Below, in pieces: positions 8,581 through 16,575 of a stretch of 44,375 bases of DNA (the first letter of the stretch is position 1; each line of letters starts with the position of its first letter). The DNA is taken from the NCBI GenBank assembly GCA_040755315.1, contig JBFMBF010000007.1, positions 1 through 44,375 on the forward strand. The letters are read 5' to 3'. A program made the position numbers and the translations under genes. Source of the DNA: Candidatus Hadarchaeota archaeon (GTDB lineage: Archaea; Hadarchaeota; Hadarchaeia; Hadarchaeales; Hadarchaeaceae). Under the pieces are notes generated by a model. The model did no database searches. It was not told the origin of the DNA and worked only from the letters and a program-made list of their open reading frames with translations.

Positions 8581-9732
8581 CTACTTCGTCTCTTCGGCCT
8601 TTTTCCTAGAATAGTAGTGGTTCATCAGCAACTCCGCCAGCTCCGGCCTCATTATCTTCTCCGAAATCGGCTTCCCCTCAAGGAGCAGTTCCCTTATCTT
8701 CGTGCCGCTGAGGCTCACCCTCGTGCTCTTCAGGTGCGGGCATGTCTTTTCCGTGGCCATCGCGTCGCAGAGCACGCAGAAGAACGCGTTTTCAAAAAAC
8801 ATTGGCGTTATCCCGAGCTCTCCCTCCTCAAACTCGAAGAATATCCGCTGAGCGTCATACGGCCCGTAGTAGTCGCCGACCCCCGCGTGGTCCCTCCCGA
8901 CTATGAAATGGGTGCAGCCAAAGTTCTTCCTCACGAGGGCGTGGAATATGGCCTCCCTCGGCCCGGCATATCTCATGGAAGTCGACAGCGCGGCGAGCAG
9001 GAACCTGTTTCTAGGGTAATAGTTGTTCAGGATTATCTCGTAGCTCCTGACCCTGACATCCGCCGGCACGTCCTCCTTCCTGGTCCAGCCGACGATGGGG
9101 TGAATCAAAAGCCCGTCCACGACCTCAAGGGCGCACTTCTGCAGGTACTCGTGGGAGCGGTGGAGGGGGTTGCGGGTCTGGAAGCCCACGATCGTGCGCC
9201 AGCCCCTCTCGGAGAACTCCTTCCTGGTCTGCGCCGGGTCCATGTGGTACCTTTCAAACGGGTGCTTGGGGCGGTTCACCAGGTCTATCTTCCCTCCCAG
9301 CAGGACATTCCCCCAGCCGTAAACTGTCGCGACTCCAGGGTGCTCCTCGTCGGCCGTGCGGAAGACCTTCTGGGCGGTCTCCCTTTTGTTGTACCCGAAC
9401 TTTTCCTCAAGATGCAGCACCGCAATTGGAGTTCTTTCCTTGTCCAGAAGCGCCACATCCTCTCCCTCCTTGAGCCCGGCCGCCGTTTGCTCGTCAACCG
9501 GGAGGACAATTGGGATTGTCCACGGCGAGCCGTCCTCAAGCCTCATCCTGTTCAGCACCGAGTCGAAGTCCTCCTTCGTGAGAAATCCTTCGAGAGGGCT
9601 GTAACCCCCAGTGCAGATGAGTTCGGCGTCCATTATCATCTCGTCGCTCGGAACTATCGTCTTGTAACCCTTCAGCTCCGCGAGAATCTTGTCCCTCGCC
9701 TGACCGGTCAAAATCCTGTTCACGAGCGCCAT
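8581..9732 (-). CDS. sat: Sulfate adenylyltransferase
   Basis: GGYSPLEGF, FQTRNPLHRSHEY, YAGPREA, HFIVGRDHAG, LSGTKIR. Confidence 0.96.
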   Translation of the reverse strand: MALVNRILTGQARDKILAELKGYKTIVPSDEMIMDAELICTGGYSPLEGFLTKEDFDSVLNRMRLEDGSPWTIPIVLPVDEQTAAGLKEGEDVALLDKERTPIAVLHLEEKFGYNKRETAQKVFRTADEEHPGVATVYGWGNVLLGGKIDLVNRPKHPFERYHMDPAQTRKEFSERGWRTIVGFQTRNPLHRSHEYLQKCALEVVDGLLIHPIVGWTRKEDVPADVRVRSYEIILNNYYPRNRFLLAALSTSMRYAGPREAIFHALVRKNFGCTHFIVGRDHAGVGDYYGPYDAQRIFFEFEEGELGITPMFFENAFFCVLCDAMATEKTCPHLKSTRVSLSGTKIRELLLEGKPISEKIMRPELAELLMNHYYSRKKAEETK

Positions 9733-9741
9733 CCAGTCACC

Positions 9742-10050
9742 TTAAACAGTCTTCCTTTGTATCTCAAACTTTTCCACCTTTCCGTCCGGATCCGTCAACG
9801 TCCAAACAATCTTGTCCTTGCCCATCTCCGGCACCAGCGTGGCTTCATAGCGGGCGATGGCCTTCGGCAACTTCAGGGTGATGGCCCTCACGGGGCAGTG
9901 CTTGACGCAGACCCAGCAGTTCCAGCAGTCCCTGTTGTCCCAGATGAAAGCTTTTCTTGTCTTCGGGTTAAGGGCGAGGAGATCGCCCGGGCAGAGCTTC
10001 ACGCAGAGGCCGCAGCTGTTGCATGTTTTTTCGTCAATGGCTATCGGCAT
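9742..10050 (-). CDS. aprB: Adenylylsulfate reductase beta subunit (2x[4Fe-4S])
   Basis: CNSCGLCVKLCPGDL and CWNCWVCVKHCP. ATG at 10050 follows GGGGTGA. Directly downstream of aprA. Confidence 0.85.
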   Translation of the reverse strand: MPIAIDEKTCNSCGLCVKLCPGDLLALNPKTRKAFIWDNRDCWNCWVCVKHCPVRAITLKLPKAIARYEATLVPEMGKDKIVWTLTDPDGKVEKFEIQRKTV

Positions 10051-10054
10051 TCCA

Positions 10055-11788
10055 TCACCCCTTGTACCTGTCCCCCGGCAGCATCTGCATGTAAGGCACC
10101 TTGAACACATTTATCTCCCCTGTGTTTGGATCCCGCCTGCTGTTGACGAAACACGGCCAGTTCTCATCGTCCAACTTTGTGTAATCCAGCCTCGTCTGGT
10201 ATCCCGGCCACCTTGTCTCTTTCCTGAATATCAGGTGCTCCACAAGTACCCTTGCGACATCTATCCGGTCTATAAGGTCGTGGGCGAGCATCAGCTCGTG
10301 CAGGTTTTCGGCCGCAAGCTCGTTGGCGTGCTTATCGGCCAGTTCCTGGAGGCGCCTGCGCGCGACCAAAAGCCGCTCCTCGTCCATCTCGTAAAAGACG
10401 CTTATGCCGCCCGCATACTTGTCCATCGTGGATTGGAGTTCGTCCTCGAGTCCCGCCGGCTTCAGTTTTCCGCTACCGTCCTCCCACCTGACAATCGGAT
10501 CAAAAATCCTTTCCAACTCCCGCTCGGCGAGTCCCTTGTCGACCTCTCCAATTTCACTTGTCTTGATGTACTCGACGGCTGAGCGGGCGGCGATGACTCC
10601 CTCCGCCCAGCAACCGGAGACGAACTTGTAAGGCACTCCGCCGGCGACATCCCCTGCCGCGAACAGGCCGTCGAGGGTCGTCCTTCTGCTCTCGTCCACC
10701 CAGTAACCCGCCTGGCAATGCCCGCCAACTATGTACGGCTCCGTGCCGGAGATTGCTATCGGCTGCTTGCTGGGGTCTATCTTGTTGGCCGCCAGCCAGA
10801 GCGTCATCTGAGGATACATGTCGAGGTAGCTGGCCTTCAGCTGCCTGACCCTGTCCAGTGTGAGGTGTCTTGTGTCGAGGTAGCAGGGCCCGCGGCCTTC
10901 CTTGACCTCCATCGTCGGGGCGTAAGCCCTGATGGGAGTTGGAGCACCTTCACCACCCATGTTGGCATACCTGGTCTTCATGTACTGCTCGCCCTTCGCG
11001 TTCACCTGGGCCGCGCCGAAGCCTAGAGCAAGAGTCCCGGTCGGCGCGATGATGTCTTTTACCCTGAGGGCGATGAACCTCATCTCGAAGCTAGTCATCT
11101 CGGCGCCAGCCCGAATCCCCATGGCGTAGCCCGCGCCAGTGTTGAACGGGCTGTACCACATAGTGTGGTGGGCGTCGCCCGTGTTGTTCGGCAGATAAAT
11201 TCCGGCGGCCCCGCCAGTCGCGATGATTGTGGCCTTCGCCCTCACCACAAAAAACTTCTTATCGCGGAGGCTGAAGCCGAAGGCCCCGACCACGCGATTG
11301 CCGTCCAGGATGTAATTCGTGGCGACGGTGTGGTTCAGAACCGTGACTTTGGACTCCGCAACGGCTTTTGAAATTATTGTTTTGAGGGCTTCTCCGTTTA
11401 TCTCGACGTTCCACCTTCCGCGCCGGGAGTAGTTGCCCTTCTCATCCTTCGTGATCGGGAGTCCCCAGCCCTCCACCTTCTTGACGGCGGGATTCACCTC
11501 TTTTATCATGCTGAGGGTGAGGTCCTCGCGACAGATGCCCATCGCCTGCCACCGCACGTACCTAGTGAAGCTTTCAGGTGTTTCCCCTGGGTGAAGATAA
11601 ACATTGATGGCGTTCATCCCCGCCGCCAAACAGCCGCTCCTGTCTATGTGGGCTTTTTCCATTATGACGACCTTCAGCCCCGGCTTGAGCCTCTTCGCCT
11701 CCACAGCCGCCATGCACCCGGCAGCCCCGCCTCCTATTATCAGGAGGTCGGCGTCCAATTTTTCCCATCTGATTTCTTCAAACTTCAT
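10055..11788 (-). CDS. aprA: Adenylylsulfate reductase alpha subunit
   Basis: IIGGGAAG, EKAHIDRSGCLAAGMNAIN, INGE, FVSG, RKETRWPGY. Sits beside aprB and sat. Confidence 0.9.
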   Translation of the reverse strand: MKFEEIRWEKLDADLLIIGGGAAGCMAAVEAKRLKPGLKVVIMEKAHIDRSGCLAAGMNAINVYLHPGETPESFTRYVRWQAMGICREDLTLSMIKEVNPAVKKVEGWGLPITKDEKGNYSRRGRWNVEINGEALKTIISKAVAESKVTVLNHTVATNYILDGNRVVGAFGFSLRDKKFFVVRAKATIIATGGAAGIYLPNNTGDAHHTMWYSPFNTGAGYAMGIRAGAEMTSFEMRFIALRVKDIIAPTGTLALGFGAAQVNAKGEQYMKTRYANMGGEGAPTPIRAYAPTMEVKEGRGPCYLDTRHLTLDRVRQLKASYLDMYPQMTLWLAANKIDPSKQPIAISGTEPYIVGGHCQAGYWVDESRRTTLDGLFAAGDVAGGVPYKFVSGCWAEGVIAARSAVEYIKTSEIGEVDKGLAERELERIFDPIVRWEDGSGKLKPAGLEDELQSTMDKYAGGISVFYEMDEERLLVARRRLQELADKHANELAAENLHELMLAHDLIDRIDVARVLVEHLIFRKETRWPGYQTRLDYTKLDDENWPCFVNSRRDPNTGEINVFKVPYMQMLPGDRYKG

Positions 11789-12561
11789 TTAATCACCTGT
11801 TTCGCCAGCACTACTGCTCCAAGCACTATAGCTGTTATTCCCACAATCCGTTTTAGAGTTTTTGACCTCAGGCGTTTGGCTGTCGCGGCGCCGAGAATGA
11901 CCGCGACTGACCCCCCCAACATTAGCGGTGCCAAGACATCGAGCTGCACCCCTGTGAAAGCAAAGTATGTGGCGCTGCCGATGAGCGCGACAAAAAATCT
12001 CGCGAGAAGGGATGAACCGACCGCCGTCTGCGGCAGAACTCCTAAAAAAATGAGCAGCGGCACCCCCAGCGGACCCCAGCCGGTGCCGAGGGCCCCGTGA
12101 GAGAGCCCGGCAACGAGGCCCACGAGAGCGATGGATGAAGCGCTTGGGCTCCGAAGCCTTTTGGACAATTCTTTCAGCGCGTGGTTGTTGTTTGACCTAG
12201 GGAACTTCACTATGATAAAAGCTCCCGCCATTATTGTTGAAACACCGACCAGTAATGTGAGCTCTTTCACCGGTATGTGAGTCGATAAAATGGCGCCTGA
12301 CAGTGCCCCGACCATACCGGTTATCGCCAGCGGAACCAGTATCTTCCGCCTTCCGTTGCCCTTCTTGTAGTGGTACAGGCCACCCAGGGGAGAAATAACC
12401 ACATGCATCATCAAACTTGAACCAATCGCCGCCGTCGGGCTGACGCCTAGCAGGACCAGGCCTGGAACGATGGTTGCACCGACTCCGGCACCCACGACTC
12501 CGCCCAGATAACCTCCTACGGCCCCGACCAGCAGAACCGCAAGGATGGTTTCAAAAGGCAT
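11785..12561 (-). CDS. TauE/SafE family sulfur-oxyanion permease
   Basis: About 8 hydrophobic segments with duplicated Gly-rich GxxGxGxG..VP.L and PxxA(I/V)GSSL repeats. Confidence 0.88.
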   Translation of the reverse strand: MPFETILAVLLVGAVGGYLGGVVGAGVGATIVPGLVLLGVSPTAAIGSSLMMHVVISPLGGLYHYKKGNGRRKILVPLAITGMVGALSGAILSTHIPVKELTLLVGVSTIMAGAFIIVKFPRSNNNHALKELSKRLRSPSASSIALVGLVAGLSHGALGTGWGPLGVPLLIFLGVLPQTAVGSSLLARFFVALIGSATYFAFTGVQLDVLAPLMLGGSVAVILGAATAKRLRSKTLKRIVGITAIVLGAVVLAKQVIK

Positions 12562-12676
12562 CTAAATCCCACTCCCCCCGCCCACGCTGGGCGTTTCGAA
12601 GACGCGCTTTGAATAGGAAAATGAATCGATACCAAGCTGCGCTAGCTCATCCGGCCTAGCACCGGCAGCACCGGCA
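12562..12676 (-). promoter_or_regulatory. Structured 5' leader (candidate attenuator) of the sulfate operon
   Basis: Long interrupted hairpin at 12630-12676 covering the Cys codons, a pyrimidine tract at 12611-12625, and overlapping hairpins at 12591-12605 and 12579-12593 next to the tauE RBS. Confidence 0.55.
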
Positions 12677-12697
12677 ACAGCAAACTACATCCCTCAT
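12656..12697 (-). CDS. Cysteine-rich leader peptide MRDVVCCCRCCRC
   Basis: ATG AGG GAT GTA GTT TGC TGT TGC CGG TGC TGC CGG TGC TAG, preceded by AAAGGTGGTGTAA. Six of the last eight sense codons are Cys. Confidence 0.8.
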   Translation of the reverse strand: MRDVVCCCRCCRC

Positions 12698-12744
12698 TTA
12701 CACCACCTTTGGCGTCTCCACTATAACATTGTAATAAATTATGG

Positions 12745-12760
12745 TATTAAAAACCTTTCT
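12745..12760 (-). promoter_or_regulatory. BRE-TATA promoter of the leader peptide/sulfate operon
   Basis: Minus strand AGAAAGG-TTTTTAATA, about 48 nt upstream of the leader ATG. Confidence 0.65.
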
Positions 12761-12969
12761 AAAAATTCCTAGCAGGAATAAAATCAAGCCAGCTACCAAG
12801 CGTCCATCCAGATTCATATCGCGATTTTCTTTGAAACTTCTGGCAAGCTTCGACGGTTGCAGAGGCGTCTTCCGTGTCTCAGGCATCCATAACAAGAAGA
12901 TGTCGAGATCTTTTTTGGCCTCCGCCCAATATTTATAACAAAAGTTTATTATGATGGGGTGCACCAACG

Positions 12970-14412
12970 ATGAAATTCAACAACAAGGCCATGATGATGG
13001 GCTACGGCGCCGTGGCAAAGTGCACGCTGCCGCTGCTACTGAAACACGTGAAAATACCGTACAAAAACCTGACGATAATCGACTTTGAGGACAAGGCCCC
13101 CGCCCTGAAGAAATGGACAGACAGGGGGGTGAAGTTTGTCCACACAAAAATAACGAAGCAAAACCTCAAGAAAGTCCTGTCAAAACACCTCGACGGCGGC
13201 GGCCTCCTCATAGACCTGGCTTGGAACATTGGCTGCAACGACCTCCTGAAGTGGTGCCACGACCACGATGTCCTGTACGTGAACACCTCCGTCGAGCAGT
13301 GGAATCCGGAAAAAGACATGGACAAAAAGTCCCCGTTCGAGAAATCGCTCTACTACAGGCAGATGCAGATAAGGGAGCTGACCAAGAACTGGAAGGACTC
13401 CCCGACGGCGGTGCTCGACCACGGTGCCAACCCCGGATTGATTTCACACTTCACAAAACTCGGGCTGATAGACATAGCGAGGAAGCTGATCGCCGACAAA
13501 AAAGTGCCAAAGAAGGAGGTGGAAAGGCTCGAGAAATTGATAAGGAAAAAGAACTTCGCGGAGCTGTCGATGGCCCTGGGAGTGAAGGTGATACACTGCA
13601 GCGAGCGGGACACCCAGATAACCGACAAGCCGAAAGAGGTCGACGAGTTCGTGGGGACCTGGAGCATAGAGGGGCTCAGGGAGGAGGGAACGGCGCCAGC
13701 GGAGATGGGGTGGGGCACGCATGAAAAGCAGCTCCCCAAGCTGGCGCACATGCCGCCTTACGGGCCAAAGAACCAGATATTCCTCGCGCAGATGGGCATC
13801 AACACTTGGGTCAGGTCATGGATACCAGAAGAGGAGATAGTCGGGATGGTGATAAGGCACGGCGAGGCTTTCGGGATATCAGACAGGCTTACCGTCTGGA
13901 GGAACGGCAAGGCGATATACCGCCCGACCGTCCACTACGCATACTTCACGTGCCACGAGACGATTGCCTCCTTGCACGAGCTTCGCTGCAGGAACTACAG
14001 GATGCAGCCGAAGGTCAGAATCATGAGCGACGAGATAACGGATGGGGCTGACATCCTTGGGGCCCTGCTGATGGGGCACAAGTACAACTCCTGGTGGACC
14101 GGCAGCGTGCTGGACATCAACGAGGCGAGGAAGCTGGCGCCGGGGGAGAACGCCACGACGCTTCAGGTGGCGGCGGGAGTGGTCTCGGCCGTGTGCTGGA
14201 TGATAGAAAACCCGAGGATGGGCGTCTGCCTGCCCGACGACCTGCCCCACGACTACATCCTGAAAATCGCGAGGCCATACCTGGGCAAAATCGTGTCAAA
14301 GCCTTACGACTGGACCCCGCTGAAGAACAGGAAAATATTCTTCAAGGAGAACCCGGATGCCAAGGCCGACGCCGACCCCTGGCAGTTCAAGAATTTCCTA
14401 TTTATACCGTAA
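12970..14412 (+). CDS. hss: Homospermidine synthase
   Basis: GYGAVA NAD-binding loop, TAVLDHGANPGLISHF, ERDTQ, TWSIEG, AEMGWGTHE, YRPTVHYAY, NATTLQV. Confidence 0.88.
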   Translation: MKFNNKAMMMGYGAVAKCTLPLLLKHVKIPYKNLTIIDFEDKAPALKKWTDRGVKFVHTKITKQNLKKVLSKHLDGGGLLIDLAWNIGCNDLLKWCHDHDVLYVNTSVEQWNPEKDMDKKSPFEKSLYYRQMQIRELTKNWKDSPTAVLDHGANPGLISHFTKLGLIDIARKLIADKKVPKKEVERLEKLIRKKNFAELSMALGVKVIHCSERDTQITDKPKEVDEFVGTWSIEGLREEGTAPAEMGWGTHEKQLPKLAHMPPYGPKNQIFLAQMGINTWVRSWIPEEEIVGMVIRHGEAFGISDRLTVWRNGKAIYRPTVHYAYFTCHETIASLHELRCRNYRMQPKVRIMSDEITDGADILGALLMGHKYNSWWTGSVLDINEARKLAPGENATTLQVAAGVVSAVCWMIENPRMGVCLPDDLPHDYILKIARPYLGKIVSKPYDWTPLKNRKIFFKENPDAKADADPWQFKNFLFIP

Positions 14413-14430
14413 AATCTCCAAACTATAACC

Positions 14431-15603
14431 ATGGGCGGGGCGGGGATGAAAACGAAAGAAGAGGAAAGTATAGACAAGGAATTGTTCCAGCGAATAGCGC
14501 GGGAACACGGCACGCCTGTTTTTGTAATAGACCACGAGAAGGTCAGGCAGAACTACCGCGAGTTCAAGGAGCACCTGCCGAACGTCCAGGCATACTACGC
14601 CGTGAAGGCCAACCCGGACCCCGAAATCATCAGGACACTCTACAAGATGGGGGCGAGCTTCGACGTGGCCGCCTTCCCAGAGTTCATGCTCGTCCACGAA
14701 AATATCAGGCACCTCCCTGAAAAAGAAAGGCAGGACTTTATCTGGGACAAGATAATCTACGCGAACACGATAAAGCCGGCAGAGACCCTGGAGAAGCTGA
14801 ACCCCTACAAGCCGCTTGTGACTTACGACAACTTGGAGGAGATAAAGAAGATAAAAAAGCACTGCCCCAACGCTGGGCTGGTGCTGAGGATAAGGGTGCC
14901 CAACACGGGGTCGATGGCCGAGCTGTCATCAAAGTTCGGGGCGCACCCGGGAGAGGCCGTGGACCTGATCGAGGAGGCGTTCAACGTGGGGCTGGTGGTG
15001 GAGGGGCTGAGCTTCCACGTGGGGAGTCAGTGCACGAACTTTGACAACTACGTGCAGGCGCTCCATCTGGCCTCGTCCATCTTCAAGGAGGTGGAGACGA
15101 GGGGGAAGAAGCTCCAGATACTTGACATCGGCGGCGGGTTCCCGGTGAAGTACGACCCCCACGTGAAATCCTTCAAGACCTTGGCCAGGAAAATCAACTC
15201 CGAAGTGAAACGGCTGTTCCCGCCCAACATCCAGATAATCGCTGAGCCCGGGAGGTTCATAGTGGCTAACGCCTGCACTCTTGTGGCGAGGGTCATAGGC
15301 AAAGCTGTCAGGGACGGGAAGACCTGTTATTACCTGAACGACGGGGTTTACCACACTTTCTCGGGCAAGGTGTTCGACCACTGCAACTACCCCATAAAGG
15401 CGTTCAAGGAGGGGGAGAAGAAAATCAGCGCGACGTTCGGCCCTACCTGCGACGCCTTCGACACCATATCGCTGTCAGACGAGCTGCCCGAGCTGGAGAT
15501 AGACGACCTGGTCTACGCCGAGAACATCGGGGCTTATTCCATCGCCTCGTCAACGTATTTCAACGGACTGCCGCCGGCGAAAGTTGTTCACATAAACCAG
15601 TGA
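14431..15603 (+). CDS. Fold-type III PLP ornithine/lysine decarboxylase
   Basis: YYAVKAN, SKFGA, SFHVGSQ, LDIGGGF, AEPGR, GPTCDAFD, GAY. Start may be 14446. Confidence 0.9.
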   Translation: MGGAGMKTKEEESIDKELFQRIAREHGTPVFVIDHEKVRQNYREFKEHLPNVQAYYAVKANPDPEIIRTLYKMGASFDVAAFPEFMLVHENIRHLPEKERQDFIWDKIIYANTIKPAETLEKLNPYKPLVTYDNLEEIKKIKKHCPNAGLVLRIRVPNTGSMAELSSKFGAHPGEAVDLIEEAFNVGLVVEGLSFHVGSQCTNFDNYVQALHLASSIFKEVETRGKKLQILDIGGGFPVKYDPHVKSFKTLARKINSEVKRLFPPNIQIIAEPGRFIVANACTLVARVIGKAVRDGKTCYYLNDGVYHTFSGKVFDHCNYPIKAFKEGEKKISATFGPTCDAFDTISLSDELPELEIDDLVYAENIGAYSIASSTYFNGLPPAKVVHINQ

Positions 15604-15670
15604 ATCCAACCACTGGACTACATACAAAAGGCAATTATTATTTCCTGAGATGTGAACTTGTGCTGGAAAC

Positions 15671-15946
15671 ATGAAAGCGCGGGTGCATGTTCTTGTGTCC
15701 GGGGTGGTCCAGGGTGTTTTCTTCAGGCACCACACTAGGGAGATGGCAAGACGGCTTGGGGTGAGCGGCTGGGTGAGGAATCTTCCCGATGGGAGGGTCG
15801 AGGCGGTCTTCGAAGGAGAACACGAAAATGTTGAAAAAATGTTAAAATTCTGCCGAAATGGGCCGCCGGGCGCCGATGTCACAGATGTCAGTGTCAGACG
15901 CGAGGACTACCGTGGAGAGTTCTCGGGTTTTCAAGTAAGTTACTAA
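15671..15946 (+). CDS. acyP: Acylphosphatase
   Basis: GVVQGVFFR, GWVRNLPDGRVE. Confidence 0.95.
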   Translation: MKARVHVLVSGVVQGVFFRHHTREMARRLGVSGWVRNLPDGRVEAVFEGEHENVEKMLKFCRNGPPGADVTDVSVRREDYRGEFSGFQVSY

Positions 15947-15963
15947 GATTTGGATGTTAACAA

Positions 15964-16575
15964 TCATGCACCGAGCTTGCTTTTCATCCAGTCGAAGCCT
16001 ATATCAAAAGCTTTCAGGTTCACATCAATGGTCTTGGGCGGCACGTTTTCCTTCACGACTTCTTTAAGCGTTTCGGACTTGCAGGGCAGTTTCCCTGTGG
16101 CGGCAAGCGCCCCCAACATCACGACGTTCAATGTACGGACATTTCCAGCCTGCTGCGCTAGAGCTGTACCGTCAATCTCAACCACGCTGCCGCCCAGCTT
16201 CTGCGCTGCGCCCTTTATCTCTTCCATACTCGGGTAGGTAGCGCGCCCGATGCTGACATCCATCGGCAGCCACGGGTGAATGTTCGTGATCAGAATTCCT
16301 CCCTTTTTCAAATAATTCACAGAAATCCTAAAGCCCTCCAACGGCTCCATTGCCAGCACTATATCAGCATCGCCCTTCTGGACAAGCGGGGAATAAACTC
16401 CCTTTCCTATCCTTACGTGGCTAGCCACCGCCCCTCCTCTCATGGCTGCCCCAAATGTCTCTCCTACTCTGGCCCTCAAACCGTCTTTTATGGCTGCTGT
16501 CGCGACCATGTGGGAAGCGAGTATGCTCCCCTGGCCGCCCACTCCAGCAATTATTACATTCATGTCCTCGGTCAT
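15964..16575 (-). CDS. iorB: Indolepyruvate:ferredoxin oxidoreductase beta subunit
   Basis: AGVGGQGSIL, RGGAVASHVR, NVVMLGA. ATG at 16575 overlaps the iorA stop. Confidence 0.9.
   Translation of the reverse strand: MTEDMNVIIAGVGGQGSILASHMVATAAIKDGLRARVGETFGAAMRGGAVASHVRIGKGVYSPLVQKGDADIVLAMEPLEGFRISVNYLKKGGILITNIHPWLPMDVSIGRATYPSMEEIKGAAQKLGGSVVEIDGTALAQQAGNVRTLNVVMLGALAATGKLPCKSETLKEVVKENVPPKTIDVNLKAFDIGFDWMKSKLGA

Noticed and set aside
8563..10104. 513-aa plus-strand ORF and many similar long antisense ORFs
   Set aside because: These are shadows of well-supported opposite-strand genes in GC-rich coding sequence and contain no motifs.
10051..10110. Cys-rich N-terminal extension MCSRCLTCRCCRG on the aprB ORF
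   Set aside because: It is an alternative-frame reading of the aprA 3' end. A good RBS precedes ATG 10050.
12698..12967. 89-aa minus-strand ORF whose TAA abuts the leader ATG
   Set aside because: It runs across both divergent promoter regions and has no recognisable motif, so it is probably a chance ORF.
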